Source of the DNA: Raillietiella orientalis
Taxonomy: Eukaryota
Assembly (NCBI GenBank): GCA_036172245.1
Contig: JAYWIR010000038.1
Location: 186,001-250,000 of the forward strand
Length of the DNA: 64,000 nt
Direction of reading: 5' to 3'
Both the position numbers and the translations under genes were made by a program. Shown here piece by piece: positions 26,061 to 38,760 of this stretch; positions within the stretch are counted from its first letter, which is position 1, and the number at the start of each line of letters is the position of its first letter. The notes beneath the pieces were generated by a model. That model was given only the letters and a program-made list of their open reading frames with translations, did no database searches and was not told the origin of the DNA.

Positions 26061-29000
26061 ACCTGGCTGCTTGCAGAGGCGCAACGGAGAACGGAACCGG
26101 AAGAGCTTGAGCGTCCTTCCGACCTCGGGTGCAGGAAGATCTCAATTCATCTGAGGAGCAGACTCATTGGTGGTGAAACCGCACCCACGCTGCCCATTTT
26201 TTCGAGAGGAGAGACGCAACCCTTTCGATCTCGGGAGGGAAAAATGAACTGGCTCACAAAGATGTGGAATAAACGAACACTTGTGTGCGGAACACTTCCG
26301 CACACAAGCGTGTTACATGAATCAGATAGGAAAAACCTCGATGACCAAATCATACCAGAGGATACCATCAAAGAGATTCGAGAAAGAACAAAAAGCATGT
26401 GCTATGTATAACCTACTGAAATATAATCCAACTTTCTGCTCAAAATGTTAGAAATTCATAAATAATTTGCCCACGTACCAAATTTATTTTACAAAGAATG
26501 TTTATACGTTTCTGAAGCTTTCGCATTGGACAAAATGTAACACTTTATATGGACCATATGAGTTTCCATGGGCACGTGCTATTTGTATAAATACAGAAAC
26601 ACTTGCAAGCTTTCTGATAAACACAATTCATCTGGTTGGATTGGATAAAAGAAAGGAGGTTTGCCTTCCAGCCTACCTCTCATCTTCCAAAGATGACATA
26701 GGTTTGCCGCTAGAAGGGAAGATTCTATTGAATGCATTGTGAGATAAAGTTGTCATTCCCGTTCTAGTGGTGCGTGGTAGCAATCTACATAATGGAACGC
26801 ATCCATCCATCGAGCTCTCTTTTCTACTGAATTTGGAAACGTGCATTCCTTCAATCTCACCGTGCATCTTTTGGCAATGGACAATCCCGAAATCTCTATT
26901 TACACGTTTTTGCTTTTCGAGTAGTTTTCCGGGAGAAAACCACTCCGTTTCCTTCTCCTGACGTTTATGAATTATGTGTGATGGATTCAAAGTGTGTTAA
27001 AGAGTTCAGTTAGTTCAACGTCCATCATCTTGCACACGGAGCATCTTTTTCCTTCCTCTCGAAGCATAGCTCAAGCTCTATGAAACCCATCTTAACGACT
27101 CTGAGAGAATGGAACAGAGAGAAAACGGACGTGAAAAGGATTTTCTTTTCACTCTGTAATGATTTCTGTTTGTTTCGTGTTTTTATAATCGAAAATCATA
27201 CATGATAGCACAGATGTGAATTTGAATTTCTAGTAACTCTTCTGTGTACCAATTCACCATCCCTCTTTCCTCTTTTCCTCCGCGCATCCGGTGGAGCGAG
27301 CAGTAGTGATTCTCTTGCAGCTGCTCTGACATTCTTGTAGAGGAAACTTCCAAAAGCGCCGACAGACAAATAAATAGAATAAATAAACGACCGCACGGAA
27401 ACGCCGCCATGCGAATAGAACCGAACTTTGTGAAACAAAAGTGTCACCGGTGTTAGCGGTGTTTGGGCACCTTCACAAAATGCAGAAATGCAGAAACCGC
27501 GTGGGGTGCTTTCGACCTATCTGAGGTGTGTGTATTCGTTGCATTCGTGGTAATTTACTCACGAATGTGTTTTTTCCATAGCTGGAAAATTTTCTATTTA
27601 GATTCTTGACGAGTTGTTAAGGAGGACGACTTGCAGACCGCAACACCACCACCGCGTCGTCAAAGGGAAAACTGCGAATTCGCCTTCAACTGATTTTTGA
27701 GAAAAGCTTTGAGATCGGCACCCGTTTCATCGAGGTTGATCAGGTTGATCATTGGAAAAAAAAAAAAAAAAAACTTTAAAATAAAGCAAAAATCCCTGCT
27801 GCAACGAAAAGATGCTCATATCCGTGTAACCACAGACCCGGTCCTCATCTTCAAATACGCGCTGTTTCTAGAAGAGGTGGCTTCTGAATTCGTACTTTGC
27901 ACGTAAGTCTGAGGTCAGTTCCAAAAGACCTTTGGGAGAGATAGACGCTCCTCAAGTCTTTTTCGATTTGCGGAACCGGCGTGCTTTATTCATTTACTTA
28001 GGATTGCTCACATCAGCACCACGCAGTCCCTTCATGATTCATCTGCGCCTCGGCAGTTTCCAACATGTTTGCTGGAGTTCCGGCTGACTTCCTCGACGGT
28101 ACGTTTTGAGCGGCAAATGGCAAATCTCGAAAGCCAGGTTGCAGCATCCCGCCGTTCAGAAAACTTCTTGCACTTCGGGCAAATCTTGGAATGAACCTGA
28201 TCTGCGCATCGTCTTCGACTTCCGCACGCGAAGAGCGTTTCCTCATGGCATTCGAAAAGAGTCGCTGTCCTGTTTAGGAAAGAGGAGGTTGCTACACTGC
28301 ACTTGTCTTCTTGAGTGGGGCAACAGGATAAGACTCTGCGGCAGTGTTTACAGGAGCTCATGACTGTTGTTTCAAAGCATCTGCGTAAGCAATCGAGGCG
28401 TTTTCAAGACTTTCGGTGAAGTACAGGAAAAAGAGAACTGCCAAGTGGGAACAAAAACTCCATCGGCAACGTCGGGAGAGACATCTGTTGAACTGTACAA
28501 AAAGCGGTCAGTGTCATCGAAAGGGAGAAACTTAGAGAGCGGATTTCGAATAAGCCATCGGAGCAATCAGTAAAAGTGAAGTTATTCGACTGCTTGCTGG
28601 CTCCTTGTTTTTGAGGCCAGCAGCAACATCCTCGTGGCTTGCCTCGGCACCCCCTGGATCTCTCGATCTGTAAGTGGAAGTATTTTGATTTTCTCCATGT
28701 TTCCAACGCATCCCTTATTTAGAACCAGAAAACCAGAAAGCCTTCAGAAGCATCCAACCTATAAAAGGGACAGACTGAGCAGACTTGAAACCTTGTTGGC
28801 GTTCTACAAATAAGGAAGTCTCACGTCCCACTTCTCATTTGAGTGGGCATTGAGCCTCATTTGAATCTTGTCCCGGATGCCCCAACACAACTCTGATTTC
28901 GTCTTCAACTGAGGCTCCGCTCTCCAAGAAACGATCCAGTTTCCGCGCAGTCGATTCCACGGATTAGAATCCAATTTACCCTCTTATTTTGCTTTTTATT

Positions 29001-29951
29001 TCATCAACAGCCACTTAAAATGGAAGTTGAAATTCATAGATCGTATTGCGTTACGGATGATTCTTCCATATTCACGGAAGACGGTTTCACGCATGAGCTC
29101 CCAGTTCATCCTAGTTCATAAGTTTCGTGACATCCTCCAGCTTTTCTTGGATCTTTTCTATCATGTAGACACTTTCCAACACTTTCTAAAATTCGAGAAG
29201 CTACTTTGGATTCTCTCAAAGGAAAATAACTCTTCGAAGATGTAATGGAGGGGCGACTGGAAGGTTTCTGTCCCTTGGTTACGAACAGAGTTCGCTCCAA
29301 GAACTCCGACACGAGAACTTCCAGAACGCAAAGCGAAATCGCTTCGGCGGAGCCTTTTGTATGCCAAATTGTCCCGAGGCGAGAAAAGTGCCAGTTCGGA
29401 GCAGAGGCTCTCGGGTTCCCATGGAATGCGTTTCCATGCATATTCCGATCGATACGAAAAGTGATTCCTCTTCTGATGCGATAGAAGAATGACGAAATCA
29501 CCCGCCAGGATGTCGATGCCGCCTTACTACCTGGAAGGACCTTCCTTCCTTCGCAGCGAATTGTCCCTCGCTGTCTTCTTGTTTTCTGGAACGTCAACGA
29601 GAAAGGATGCGGGGGAATTTCGCTCGTCGCCTGTTGGCAGGGGCTCTAGGCAAAGTGGGAAACTTGAGGTGAAATTTCCCATTTTGGGCTGCACGCATTT
29701 TTGTAGCTTCGTGTCTAATGAACACCTTCCGAGTATACATCCTTTCATACCCTGATATCACCTAGTGATCAGGGAGCATCAGATCTTGTGTTAATTTTTG
29801 GACGCGGGCGCCGTGGAAGAATAGAATCAGCTAAAGACGACTCGCATCCACATGACCCTTTGGCGGGTATTTGCTCCAAGTTGGCAACCTGAGGCGCAAG
29901 AAAAGCGACACGGCGGGAGCGGCGATGCTCGTTCGGAAACACACAGATAAG

Positions 29952-30902
29952 AGGGAAAATGCTGCGGATGCTGCTCCAAACGGGGTGTGCATCTCCGCGA
30001 AACCACCATTCCATCGCTTTGCCGCGTGGTGGTGGTGAGGGTTGCGCTCCTCCGAAGGCGAAATGATTCCCATTCCCTTTTCGCTTCGGTTCCCTGCTGA
30101 AGTGATTCGAAAGCCCCGAGATGACGAGAAGTCAATTGCAATGGAAGCATTGTGTTTCCATGGAATTTTTTAGTAACGCCAACCGATGTGAAATCAAGAA
30201 GCTTTGAACGGCCAAATCCCACCCTGATTCCTGGAAGGACCCGGAGGTCGACTCCCATTTGTCCCGGCCCTCATCGGGGGGCATCCGGTTTGAACCGCTA
30301 CCAGTGCCTCACCCGGATGAATGCCGGCCAACCAGCGTCATCTTGCGGGGTGAACTCGGAACCCACGGCGCGTGGTGTGGTGCCACGCGCGGAGGCCACC
30401 GTAACCACGCGGCCTCCGACGCGGGCAAAGTTTGACGCAAAGGTTGCTGAAAAAGAATTGTGCAACAACAGTTTGCTCAATTCGGTTTGCAAAACCGTGA
30501 AATTGAGACACGAAGGATATGCTTTCACACGATTTTCACTAAAGGCTTGCAAATGCAGGGAGAAGTTCCCAAAAGGGATAACGGCATCTTGTTTTGACAG
30601 AAGGATTGCACAATCCCAGCCTTCGGTAGGTGCCGTTAGGAAAGGGTTCGATTCGAAGGCAGAATCACTGCTGGAGATACAAAACGAGCCAAGCAAACCA
30701 CGTTAATAGCATCTAAATCCTCATTCTCATCATCTCGGGACTTTTCGAAACACTTCAGCAGGGGACCGAAGCGAAAAGGGAATGGGAATCATTTCGCCTT
30801 CGGAGGAGCGCAACCCTCACCACCACCACGCGGCAAAGTGATGGAATGGTGGTTTCGCGGAGATACGCATCCTGTTTGGAGCAGCATCCGCAGCATTTCC
30901 CT
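29952..30902. repeat. ~180-bp inverted repeat (29952-30130 / 30724-30902) with ~590-bp spacer
   Basis: Arms are reverse complements with about 10 differences; the spacer contains SINE copy C. Confidence 0.95.
30225..30426 (-). mobile_element. SINE-like element copy C (head fragment lacking the first T-arm module)
   Basis: Matches the 5' ~200 nt of copy D, including a similar internal deletion. Confidence 0.9.
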
Positions 30903-32199
30903 TCAGTCGAATCAAATCACTTAAAGCAACCTTTTCCGGGGAAAGTGCCGACACCGATAAGCAGCCAACAGGCAAAACGCCCTTGAAACCAACCGCCATC
31001 ATGAATTCTTCCAAGCATCCTAAAGCGCTACACGGAAACGGTACAGAATACAATTCTGCGACGCCCGTGTGTGGGGAAAAAAAAAAAAAAAAACGAAAGA
31101 AAGAAGAAATGGGGCTGCTTGCCTCTGAATTTTAGACTAGCACGAAAAAACTCTCTTTGATCCCGGCTCCATTATGTGTCATGCACTCCGGTTACTTGAA
31201 AGAATGGGATTGCGCCGCCTCGCACTTTGTTTTCTAGAGCAGGTTTGGCAGGTTCGGCCTACAACGGGAAACACTACAAACCTGAGCCACATATTTCACG
31301 GTTATCTGCAGGGTGGACACGGAACACTGCAACGGCGGTTCGCCTGGCGTCCAGGGACTGCCCCCGTCTCCGGGAAACGGCGCTTCCAGAAGTATCGGTG
31401 CCAACAATGACCCGGGAGGAAAAAGGGGGGGGGGGGAAGGCGTCTAATTTTATCGCTCGCATTGTTGGCTCGGTGCGTTTCCATGCCTCCTGCTGCTGCG
31501 TCAGGAGGTCCGTCCACTCCAGCGATCGGAACGCACCCACGGTCCTCCATCTCAAGATCCCTCCTGGTGGCGCGCGTCACCTGCCACCAGTGGCTCCTGC
31601 CGGAAATGTGCGACGCGTTTCCCAGGCGACGGCGACGGATTCCAGCGACACCTGGAAACGAAGGCTCCGTCGAAAGTCTTTCCTTCGGGTTTCGTGCACC
31701 GAAAACAACGGTGGTGGTGGTCGCAAGTCTTCGCGCTGCCTGCTGCTGGACCCGTCTGCCTCCCGTGTGGCCCGCAGCTCCGGGCTCAAACAGGAATCGC
31801 CGTCTCTGGATCGTAAAACACGTGGGAACACTGAACACAACGATATGCTTTCCTGCACCCAGAAAAAAAAAGGAAAACCGAGCCAGAGCTTGAAAACACA
31901 AATCTATTTAGTTTAAATAACGCCGCTTAATGAATCCAAATCGAAACCAATAACAGTATGCATGCAAACACACATTGCATAGTGAGCAGGGAGGCAGTCA
32001 TGGATATGATTGGATTTGCGGAATCCTCGAGATGCACACGAACACGGCAAGATTGCTGCCAGCAAAGAGCAAAGGGAACACCTTTTTCTTCTTCCTTCCA
32101 TGAAAAAGTAATGCCACATGCATTAAGAGGTGCGTGGGCACACACACTTCATAATTTTTCAATACTCATGCCAGATGGTGCATTCTCCCGCGTGTTGCT

Positions 32200-32640
32200 G
32201 GCAAATTTTTCCCTTATCGGAATCTGGGAGGATGGTCCTGGGCTGGGCTTTGAGTTCGGGATCGATTCTGCTTCTGTTTTCCACTTCTCTCGGGTCTTGT
32301 TTTGATTTTGCTGCACTCGACGAGAACCGGATCGATCGAAACGGGGGATCCATTCCAGTCAGTTGCATCGGGGTCACGAAGGGTAAACGATTCCTTGTGG
32401 CCCACCTCTTCCGACCATCTTTAGCAAGGATGCTCACGTGCAGCGCGAGTGCCTTTGCTCCGCAGCAACCTTGGTCTTCGGCTGAAAGAGTGCTCGGGGA
32501 AATCCTGATCGGCTGCATCTCGCTCTTTCCGGAAGAAGAGCCGGCAGTCTTCGATTTTTCTGAAACGCCCGGTGCCAACGATTCGCATTTGGCGCAACGT
32601 GCAATGCGTTTTCTTCCTCACCTGGCTGCCATGTCTCCCA
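32200..32640 (-). CDS. Candidate low-complexity exons of a minus-strand host gene
   Basis: CAG|GTGAGG...GTTTCAG 62-nt intron-like segment and a CAC|GTGAGC donor with open flanking frames; no recognisable domain. Confidence 0.25.
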
Positions 32641-32962
32641 AGAAGACTGCATTTTGACATGCATCAGAAAAGGAGCATCAGGACCAGAGCAGGTTCAAAG
32701 TGTCACATGGGTTAGAAAAAAAAAAAAAACGAATTTGGTGGTCATTGCCTACAGTGCTTCAGGTTCGTCTTTTCTGCGGTCCTTCAACGACGAACTGCAT
32801 CCTTCTGCACCAATTTCAGTCACGTGGCGAATTCAATCCTCGAATCGTAGAAAGAAGCCAAGATCCACTCATGGAGTCTTGCTCATAGGAGTTTATATGA
32901 GCTACGAAATCCCGCAAGAATTCTGTGAATAACCGTCTGAATCGCGTGAGCCATGAGAAAAT

Positions 32963-33725
32963 CCGCGTCGGAGGCCGCGTGGTTACGGTGGTCTCCGCAC
33001 GTGGCACCACCAAGCGCCGTGGGTTCCGAGTTCACCCCACAAGATGACGCTGGTTGGCCTACATTCATCCGGGTGCGGCACTGGTAGCGGTTCAAACCGG
33101 ATGCCCCCGATGAGGGCCGGGACAAATGGGAGTCGGCCTCCGGGTCCTTCCAGGAATCACGGAGTGAGAGCCCCCCTCCGGTGGTGAAGGAGTGGACCCC
33201 TCATTCCGGAGGGACCCTCCGCGTCGTACTGATGGAGAAGGTGTGTCGCCACCACCTCTCCAGAGAGTGCAGAGAAGCGAGCCGATTCCTTCGGGGGAGC
33301 TGCGTCCTTCTGGATTTCGGAAGCGCCCCCTCTAAGTTCTCTTCAGAGGAGTAAAAACAGGAGCGGATCCCTTGCGGGGATCCCTTCGGAGAAGAAAAAA
33401 TGAAGCGGATCCCTCCGAGGGTCCTCCGGAGAGAATAAGGGAGAAGGATTTCTTTCTGGACTCCCGTTCGGAGACAACCAGGGTGGAGTGATCTCCATTT
33501 CCGGGGATCCCTCCCCATGCATGAGAGGAACGGACTTCGAGTCCTTCCTGGGCAGACCTTCCCGGGGTACCCCCTATCTTAAAGAATCACCCACCCTCGG
33601 GTGGCGTGGAACCGTGTTGAAGAACTGCGAAGACAGAAAAGAAGGATTTCCATCATCCTAAAGGCCAGTAGCGACCGGCGCCCCACGTGGCTGGTGCCAC
33701 GTGGTGCGTTTCTACAAAAAGAAAG
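32963..33725 (+). mobile_element. SINE-like element copy D (near full length, A-rich tail)
   Basis: Reverse complement of B/E; ends ...GATTTCCATCATCCTA...TTTCTACAAAAAGAAAG. Confidence 0.9.
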
Positions 33726-34691
33726 AAACGTTTTCCGAAAAGTCATTCCAGTCAGAATGCTGGGAGTTTTCCAAGAAATTAAGGGAGGAAAACTCAGTGG
33801 CTTCTAAGTGAGCATCCATACACGCATCCATGGAGGGGCAGCCTTGAGCACTTTGAACAGAGGGAGATGATGCGTGAAAAAGTTCTTGGCCGCGTTCATT
33901 CCCAGAATTTCAGCTAACGTTTGCTGTTCCTTACAGACAACAACACACCGTGAATTGAGTTGCTTCTTATCGAGAGTGTGCTGCAGTGGATACCCAACAG
34001 CGAGGTGTTCGTGCAAATTTCACCTCCCAAGTCAGGTGCACACCCGGACGACACCGCATAAGCGAAGGCCTGAAATAAAGGCGCTGCTTCTCATTTTCTT
34101 TCTTTCTTTTTTTTGATTTTCTGCTCCTGGCGACGGATCGAGCTAACTTGAGTTTACTCGACCTCGATGGCAACATTTCAGTTGACCATCCGGAGATTTA
34201 TACCATGGGCCGTTTGTGGGTCAGAGTTTATTTATTTATCTTGATGAAGGTGTGTAATGAGAACTTGCCCAAAATTCACTATGTGTGGGAAACTTTTAGG
34301 AGAGGGCTGGGGCTTGATTGGCATTCTCTTCCAAATTGGTCATAACGATTCGTTTCTGCGGGCTCTAAATGCGCATCGAGAATACAGTAACATCCAGACA
34401 TATCTGGAAATCCAATGCGATGTGAAGTACAGGATTCTTCAAAATCTCTCCTCGTCATAATCGGATTTCCAGGATTCGTTCTGGAAGAAGAGTTTTCTGT
34501 TTAAGGTAATTCCTTGAATCATTTCATCAACTACTGTAAGCAAAGTTTTTCGCAGCTGCTTTCATTGGACGGTCACGCAAAAATAAAAAAAAAAATCCAT
34601 TCGTACGAAAAAAAGAAAAAAAAAATTGCTAGGAGACGAGAGAGGAAACGTGCCTGTATTCTAGCATCTTCCTGAACGGACCCTTAGTTGA

Positions 34692-35386
34692 TCGACACGG
34701 TTCCACGCCACCCAAGAGTGAATAATTCTTCAAGATACGGGGTACCCCGGGAGGGGTCCGCCCAGGAAGGACTCGGAGTCCGTTCCTCACATGCATGGGG
34801 AGGGATCCCCGGAAATGGAGATCACTCCACCCTGGTTGTCTCCGAACGGGAGTCCAGAAAGAAATCCTTCTCCCTTATTCTCTCCGGAGGACCCTCGGAG
34901 GGATCCGCTTCATTTTTTCTTCTCCGAAGGGATCCCCGCAAGGGATCGGCCCCTGTTTTTACTCCTCTGAAGAGAACTTAAAGGGGGCGCTTCCGAGATC
35001 CAGAAGGACGCAGCTTCCCCGAAGGGATCGGCTCGCTTCTCTGCACTCACTGGAGAGGTGGTGGCGACACACACCTTCTCCATCAGTACGACGCGGAGGG
35101 TCCCTCCGGAATGAGGGGTCCACTCCTTCACCACCGGAGGGGGGCTCTCACTCCGTGATTCCTGGAAGGACCCGGAGGCCGACTCCCATTTGTCCCGGCC
35201 CTCATCGGGGGCATCCGGTTTGAACCGCTACCAGTGCCGCACCCGGATGAATGTAGGCCAACCAGCGTCATCTTGTGGGGTGAACTCGGAACCCACGACG
35301 CACTGGCCCGTCGATTCCTTCAGAGTATTCGAACCACGACGCTTGGTGGTGCCACGCGTGGAGACCAGCGTAACTACACGACCTCC
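34692..35386 (-). mobile_element. SINE-like element copy E with 13-bp TSD
   Basis: GACCCTTAGTTGA at 34679-34691 and 35387-35399 flanks the copy. Confidence 0.92.
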
Positions 35387-36239
35387 GACCCTTAGTTGAG
35401 AGGAAATCCGGAAGCCAGGTAGAAGAAGAAGCCTGATGCAACGGCGGGCGACTGGCAGCGCCTCACCTCGGACGGCGAATTTCTACTGTCCTGCGCACGT
35501 CCCGCGAATGAAAGGGCAGGGTGGGCACAGGCGACTGCATGGGACCTATTTGGGAAGCGCACTCGATCCTCACTGGAAAGGTGCATCGTGTGGCTTCGGT
35601 CTTGCGCTCTTGAAGTTGGGCGTCGTTCGTACTGAATGCCTACTGGACCTACTGAACAAGGTCACGGGATCCGAAAGGTGAAATCTGTTGGCGGCTGGCA
35701 CGACCATGTGGGAAACAGAGTTACCACCGGATACTGGGGATGACCTGCTGATGTTTTGATACGGAGGTATCCTGAGTGGCTCCCGACTAGAACACTCGAG
35801 GGTCAGCAGGCAAGAGGAGCTCTGCAAGGCCCGCGGAGATGGGGAAAACCGTGCTCCACGTTTTCGCCTGCCCGACACCGTGCCAGGATTGGACAAGGCT
35901 GAAGGCGGTGACCGGCCTGAAGACGAGCACGAAGATAGAGATCCTGGCGGGAATGTTTGAAGGGGATGGGAACGTTCCCCTGATTCAGTCCCATGGTTCG
36001 CACCACCATTGCCCTGTTCATCACGAGCATAAGAAGGGCAAGGATGAGACGGAGAGACGGAGCCTGCCACGACCATCGTCCAAGGAATCACCTTGGATTT
36101 CAGATTCATGTTCACAGTCAAAAACTGCCAACATAAATTGTAATGGTAAGAAAAAAAAAAAAGCCCGATTAACCTTCCACTTTTCATATGAGCGCTTTGC
36201 GCTTTCTGCTATCCTCTGTCTTCCTTTTTTCGATATCAT

Positions 36240-36560
36240 TTTCAAAAACGGTAACTCCCATGTAGAATGAGTGGCTGCTGCTGCTGCAAAGCAGATGCCT
36301 TCTTTACTATCTGCCTCTTCGTAGATGACCTGCGTTCTGTCCATATGCATCCTCCACCGAGGGAATACGAAATACACTTTCTGATGCGAATCCGATAATG
36401 GCAATGCAAAACTCCTAAAGTTGCCTCAAGCATTTCATACTTCTTGTGCATTTCTTCGTTCATAAAAATACCATAAACCTTCCCCACATTCGTAAATTCT
36501 GCCAGCACATCCTCATCGATCACTTATTGGGGCTCGCATCCCAATAAAGTACCTATTTTG
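36240..36560 (-). pseudogene. Degenerate L1/Tx1 ORF1 remnant (RRM-like plus zinc knuckle)
   Basis: TLLGCEP..IDEDVLAEFTNVGKV (ORF1 RRM-like pattern) and ICF.....HSTWELP (decayed CCHC); frameshifted. Confidence 0.45.
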
Positions 36561-37537
36561 AATTTGTGTGCTTTCGTGCAGGGTGGTGTCCTTCGATTGC
36601 CTTGCAGCTTCCTTCATCGGAAAACGGGAAAATGCACTTCTTAACGTGTAAACCTTCTTAACGGTTTCCCGCTGTGCTCTTCGTCGTCGAAAGCACGGAT
36701 ATGTTGCTTAATATTCACCATGCTTTCCCACAGCATCATGAAGGGCTGATTATTCCTTTTGCTATTACTTCGAAATCCCCCCTTCGACCTTGCACGTGCC
36801 AATGCAGTATTTGTAGGGAAGGATCAGCGTGATTGTATTGTACGCATTCCTGCACAGAATACAATCATGGAGTACCTGACAATCCAAACAGTACGCGGCC
36901 GCGTACAAGTACACACAGCCACTTATTGCATTTGAAACTCGAGTCCCATGGATAACATACGATCTATTTTTCCACGATGAAAATCACGTGGCTGAGCATG
37001 CATGTATACAGATTGCGTTTATGCAACTCTGCAGCTGTGCATCCATCCATCTGTTTAACTAGCAACCATCCATCAGTCAACGTCACATCTTGCTGGGGTG
37101 TCGTATCTGAGTTGCGAAAACAAACGAGCGAACCCCTTTGGTCTCTTCAGAGGCTATTCGAAAGCAGTCTGTTGTGTCAGGAGTACACAGAGGGCTTTGT
37201 CTCGAAGCTTCTCGGTCTGTTCGTAAAGAAAACAAGCGGAGGCTGCACCTTTCAGGATAGCCGGCACTCTCGCCGCCCGGTTCGGGTAAACTCGGAATGG
37301 CAGTTCCTGTGTGCTGAAGGGTGAAAGTGCTCCCCGTGCAAGAAATGGATCTGCAGCTGGGCAAACCGAATTTTTCCTACGCACTCAATCAAGTTCCAAT
37401 CTTCTCGGCTGGAGTGACTCGATTGAGGTGTGAAAGAGCCAATCTCACATCCGTCTCCTATAATCCAGTTGGAATTCTTGGCTGTGGACCGGTGATCGGT
37501 AAGATGTCCGTTAAGCAAAAACCCTCCGTTCTCATAC

Positions 37538-37646
37538 CCTCATCTTCTTGCGCGAAAGTACTGACGTGCCCTGCATCAACAGGCAAACTTCCCTGCTGTC
37601 TTCGCCCAAACAAGCAGAAGCAGGAAGGAATTCAAGGTCGGAGGCA
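37538..37646 (-). CDS. Candidate internal exon of a minus-strand host gene
   Basis: TATTTCAG acceptor, 36 open codons (ASDLEFLPASACLG...RKKMR), AGG|GTATGA donor. Confidence 0.3.
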
Positions 37647-37949
37647 CTGAAATACAGGGTCACTGCGCTGTCAGGGTACCAGTCGCTCTCCCTCATGCGA
37701 TTTTGGTCAGGTGAAGCCCTCTGCGGTGTCCCTGCCAGACCTCCCCGACACGCTGCTCGTTTCGACTCCGTGAAGATGCCACGGAACCTTTTCAGCAGAG
37801 CGCAAGGATAAGAATACTGCTCGAGGATCAAAGCTTTCCAGTAGACTGCTCTGGATCGGCAGTCCTTCGGAAGGAAAAAGCCAAACGGATTTCATGCCCG
37901 GTCGAAGATGTTGCCGGTTTCCCTTGCGACTTGGGCTGCGTTTTTCGGC

Positions 37950-38760
37950 TTCCTGATGATCCGCATCGAAAACCGACGGCATCGCCGGTTCGGCGTTTTC
38001 CGCGACCCTGCTCTTGTGGGAGACACGAGGCACGGCGAGGATGGTTCGCACGCGGGGTCCCGGAGGGCGAAATCCCACCAGAGGCACGACGCGGGCGGGG
38101 ACCGGAGGCGACAGAACGGCGACCCGCGCGGAGGAGATGGAGTTCCTTGTCTCTAAGCAGAAGCAGCCGGAGCGGCACTTCCACCCAATCTGCAGCTCTG
38201 CGTGCTGGAAAGGTCGGTGCATCTCCAAAAGCGCCTGTGCGCGCGGTCGGCACACACGCATGTCACGCATTGCGCCGTGCTCGCGCAAGGCGGGGGCCGT
38301 GGTCCTGCGGCCAAGCTCTGTGGTGCGTCTGGCAAAAGTCGGCGGCTTGCCCGCTACCTGCCGCCTGGAGGATTTTCAAAGAGCCTGCCCAGCCCGACGA
38401 GGCCGGGAATCCTGGTGACCTTAGGTGGTCACTTTCGGACCAAATTCCCTGAGGGGGGCTGGTCCCCTTCTGATTTGCCTCCCGGCAATACCGCCTCTTT
38501 TCGCAATTGCCAGGAACGTTCCCGTTTGGCAAGTCACGGATGCCGCGTGCGGCAACCGCTCCTGTCTCCGGGTACCTTGCTGGGTCGGTGCCCGTAGGCG
38601 CCGCCGTCTCGGCCGTTTCTCCTGCGCCCGTCTCCGTTCCTTCTCCTGGAGGGAGCTGAGCAGCGCTCCCCTTCCACACTCCGCACTCAGTCCTCACTGG
38701 ATCTGGACCCCTTCGCCTGTTCTCGCCCCGTCGGGACACACGAAAGTCACAGAAACGCTC
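37950..38760 (+). pseudogene. Degenerate L1/Tx1 ORF1 (gag-like) remnant
   Basis: VVRLAKVGGLPATCRLEDFQRAC (RRM-like) followed by decayed Cys/His knuckles; broken frames. Confidence 0.45.

Noticed and set aside
33105..33240. Hammerhead ribozyme in the SINE (CCGATGAG, CTGATGGA)
   Set aside because: Neither matches CUGANGA, and no correctly placed GAAA or stems I-III were found.
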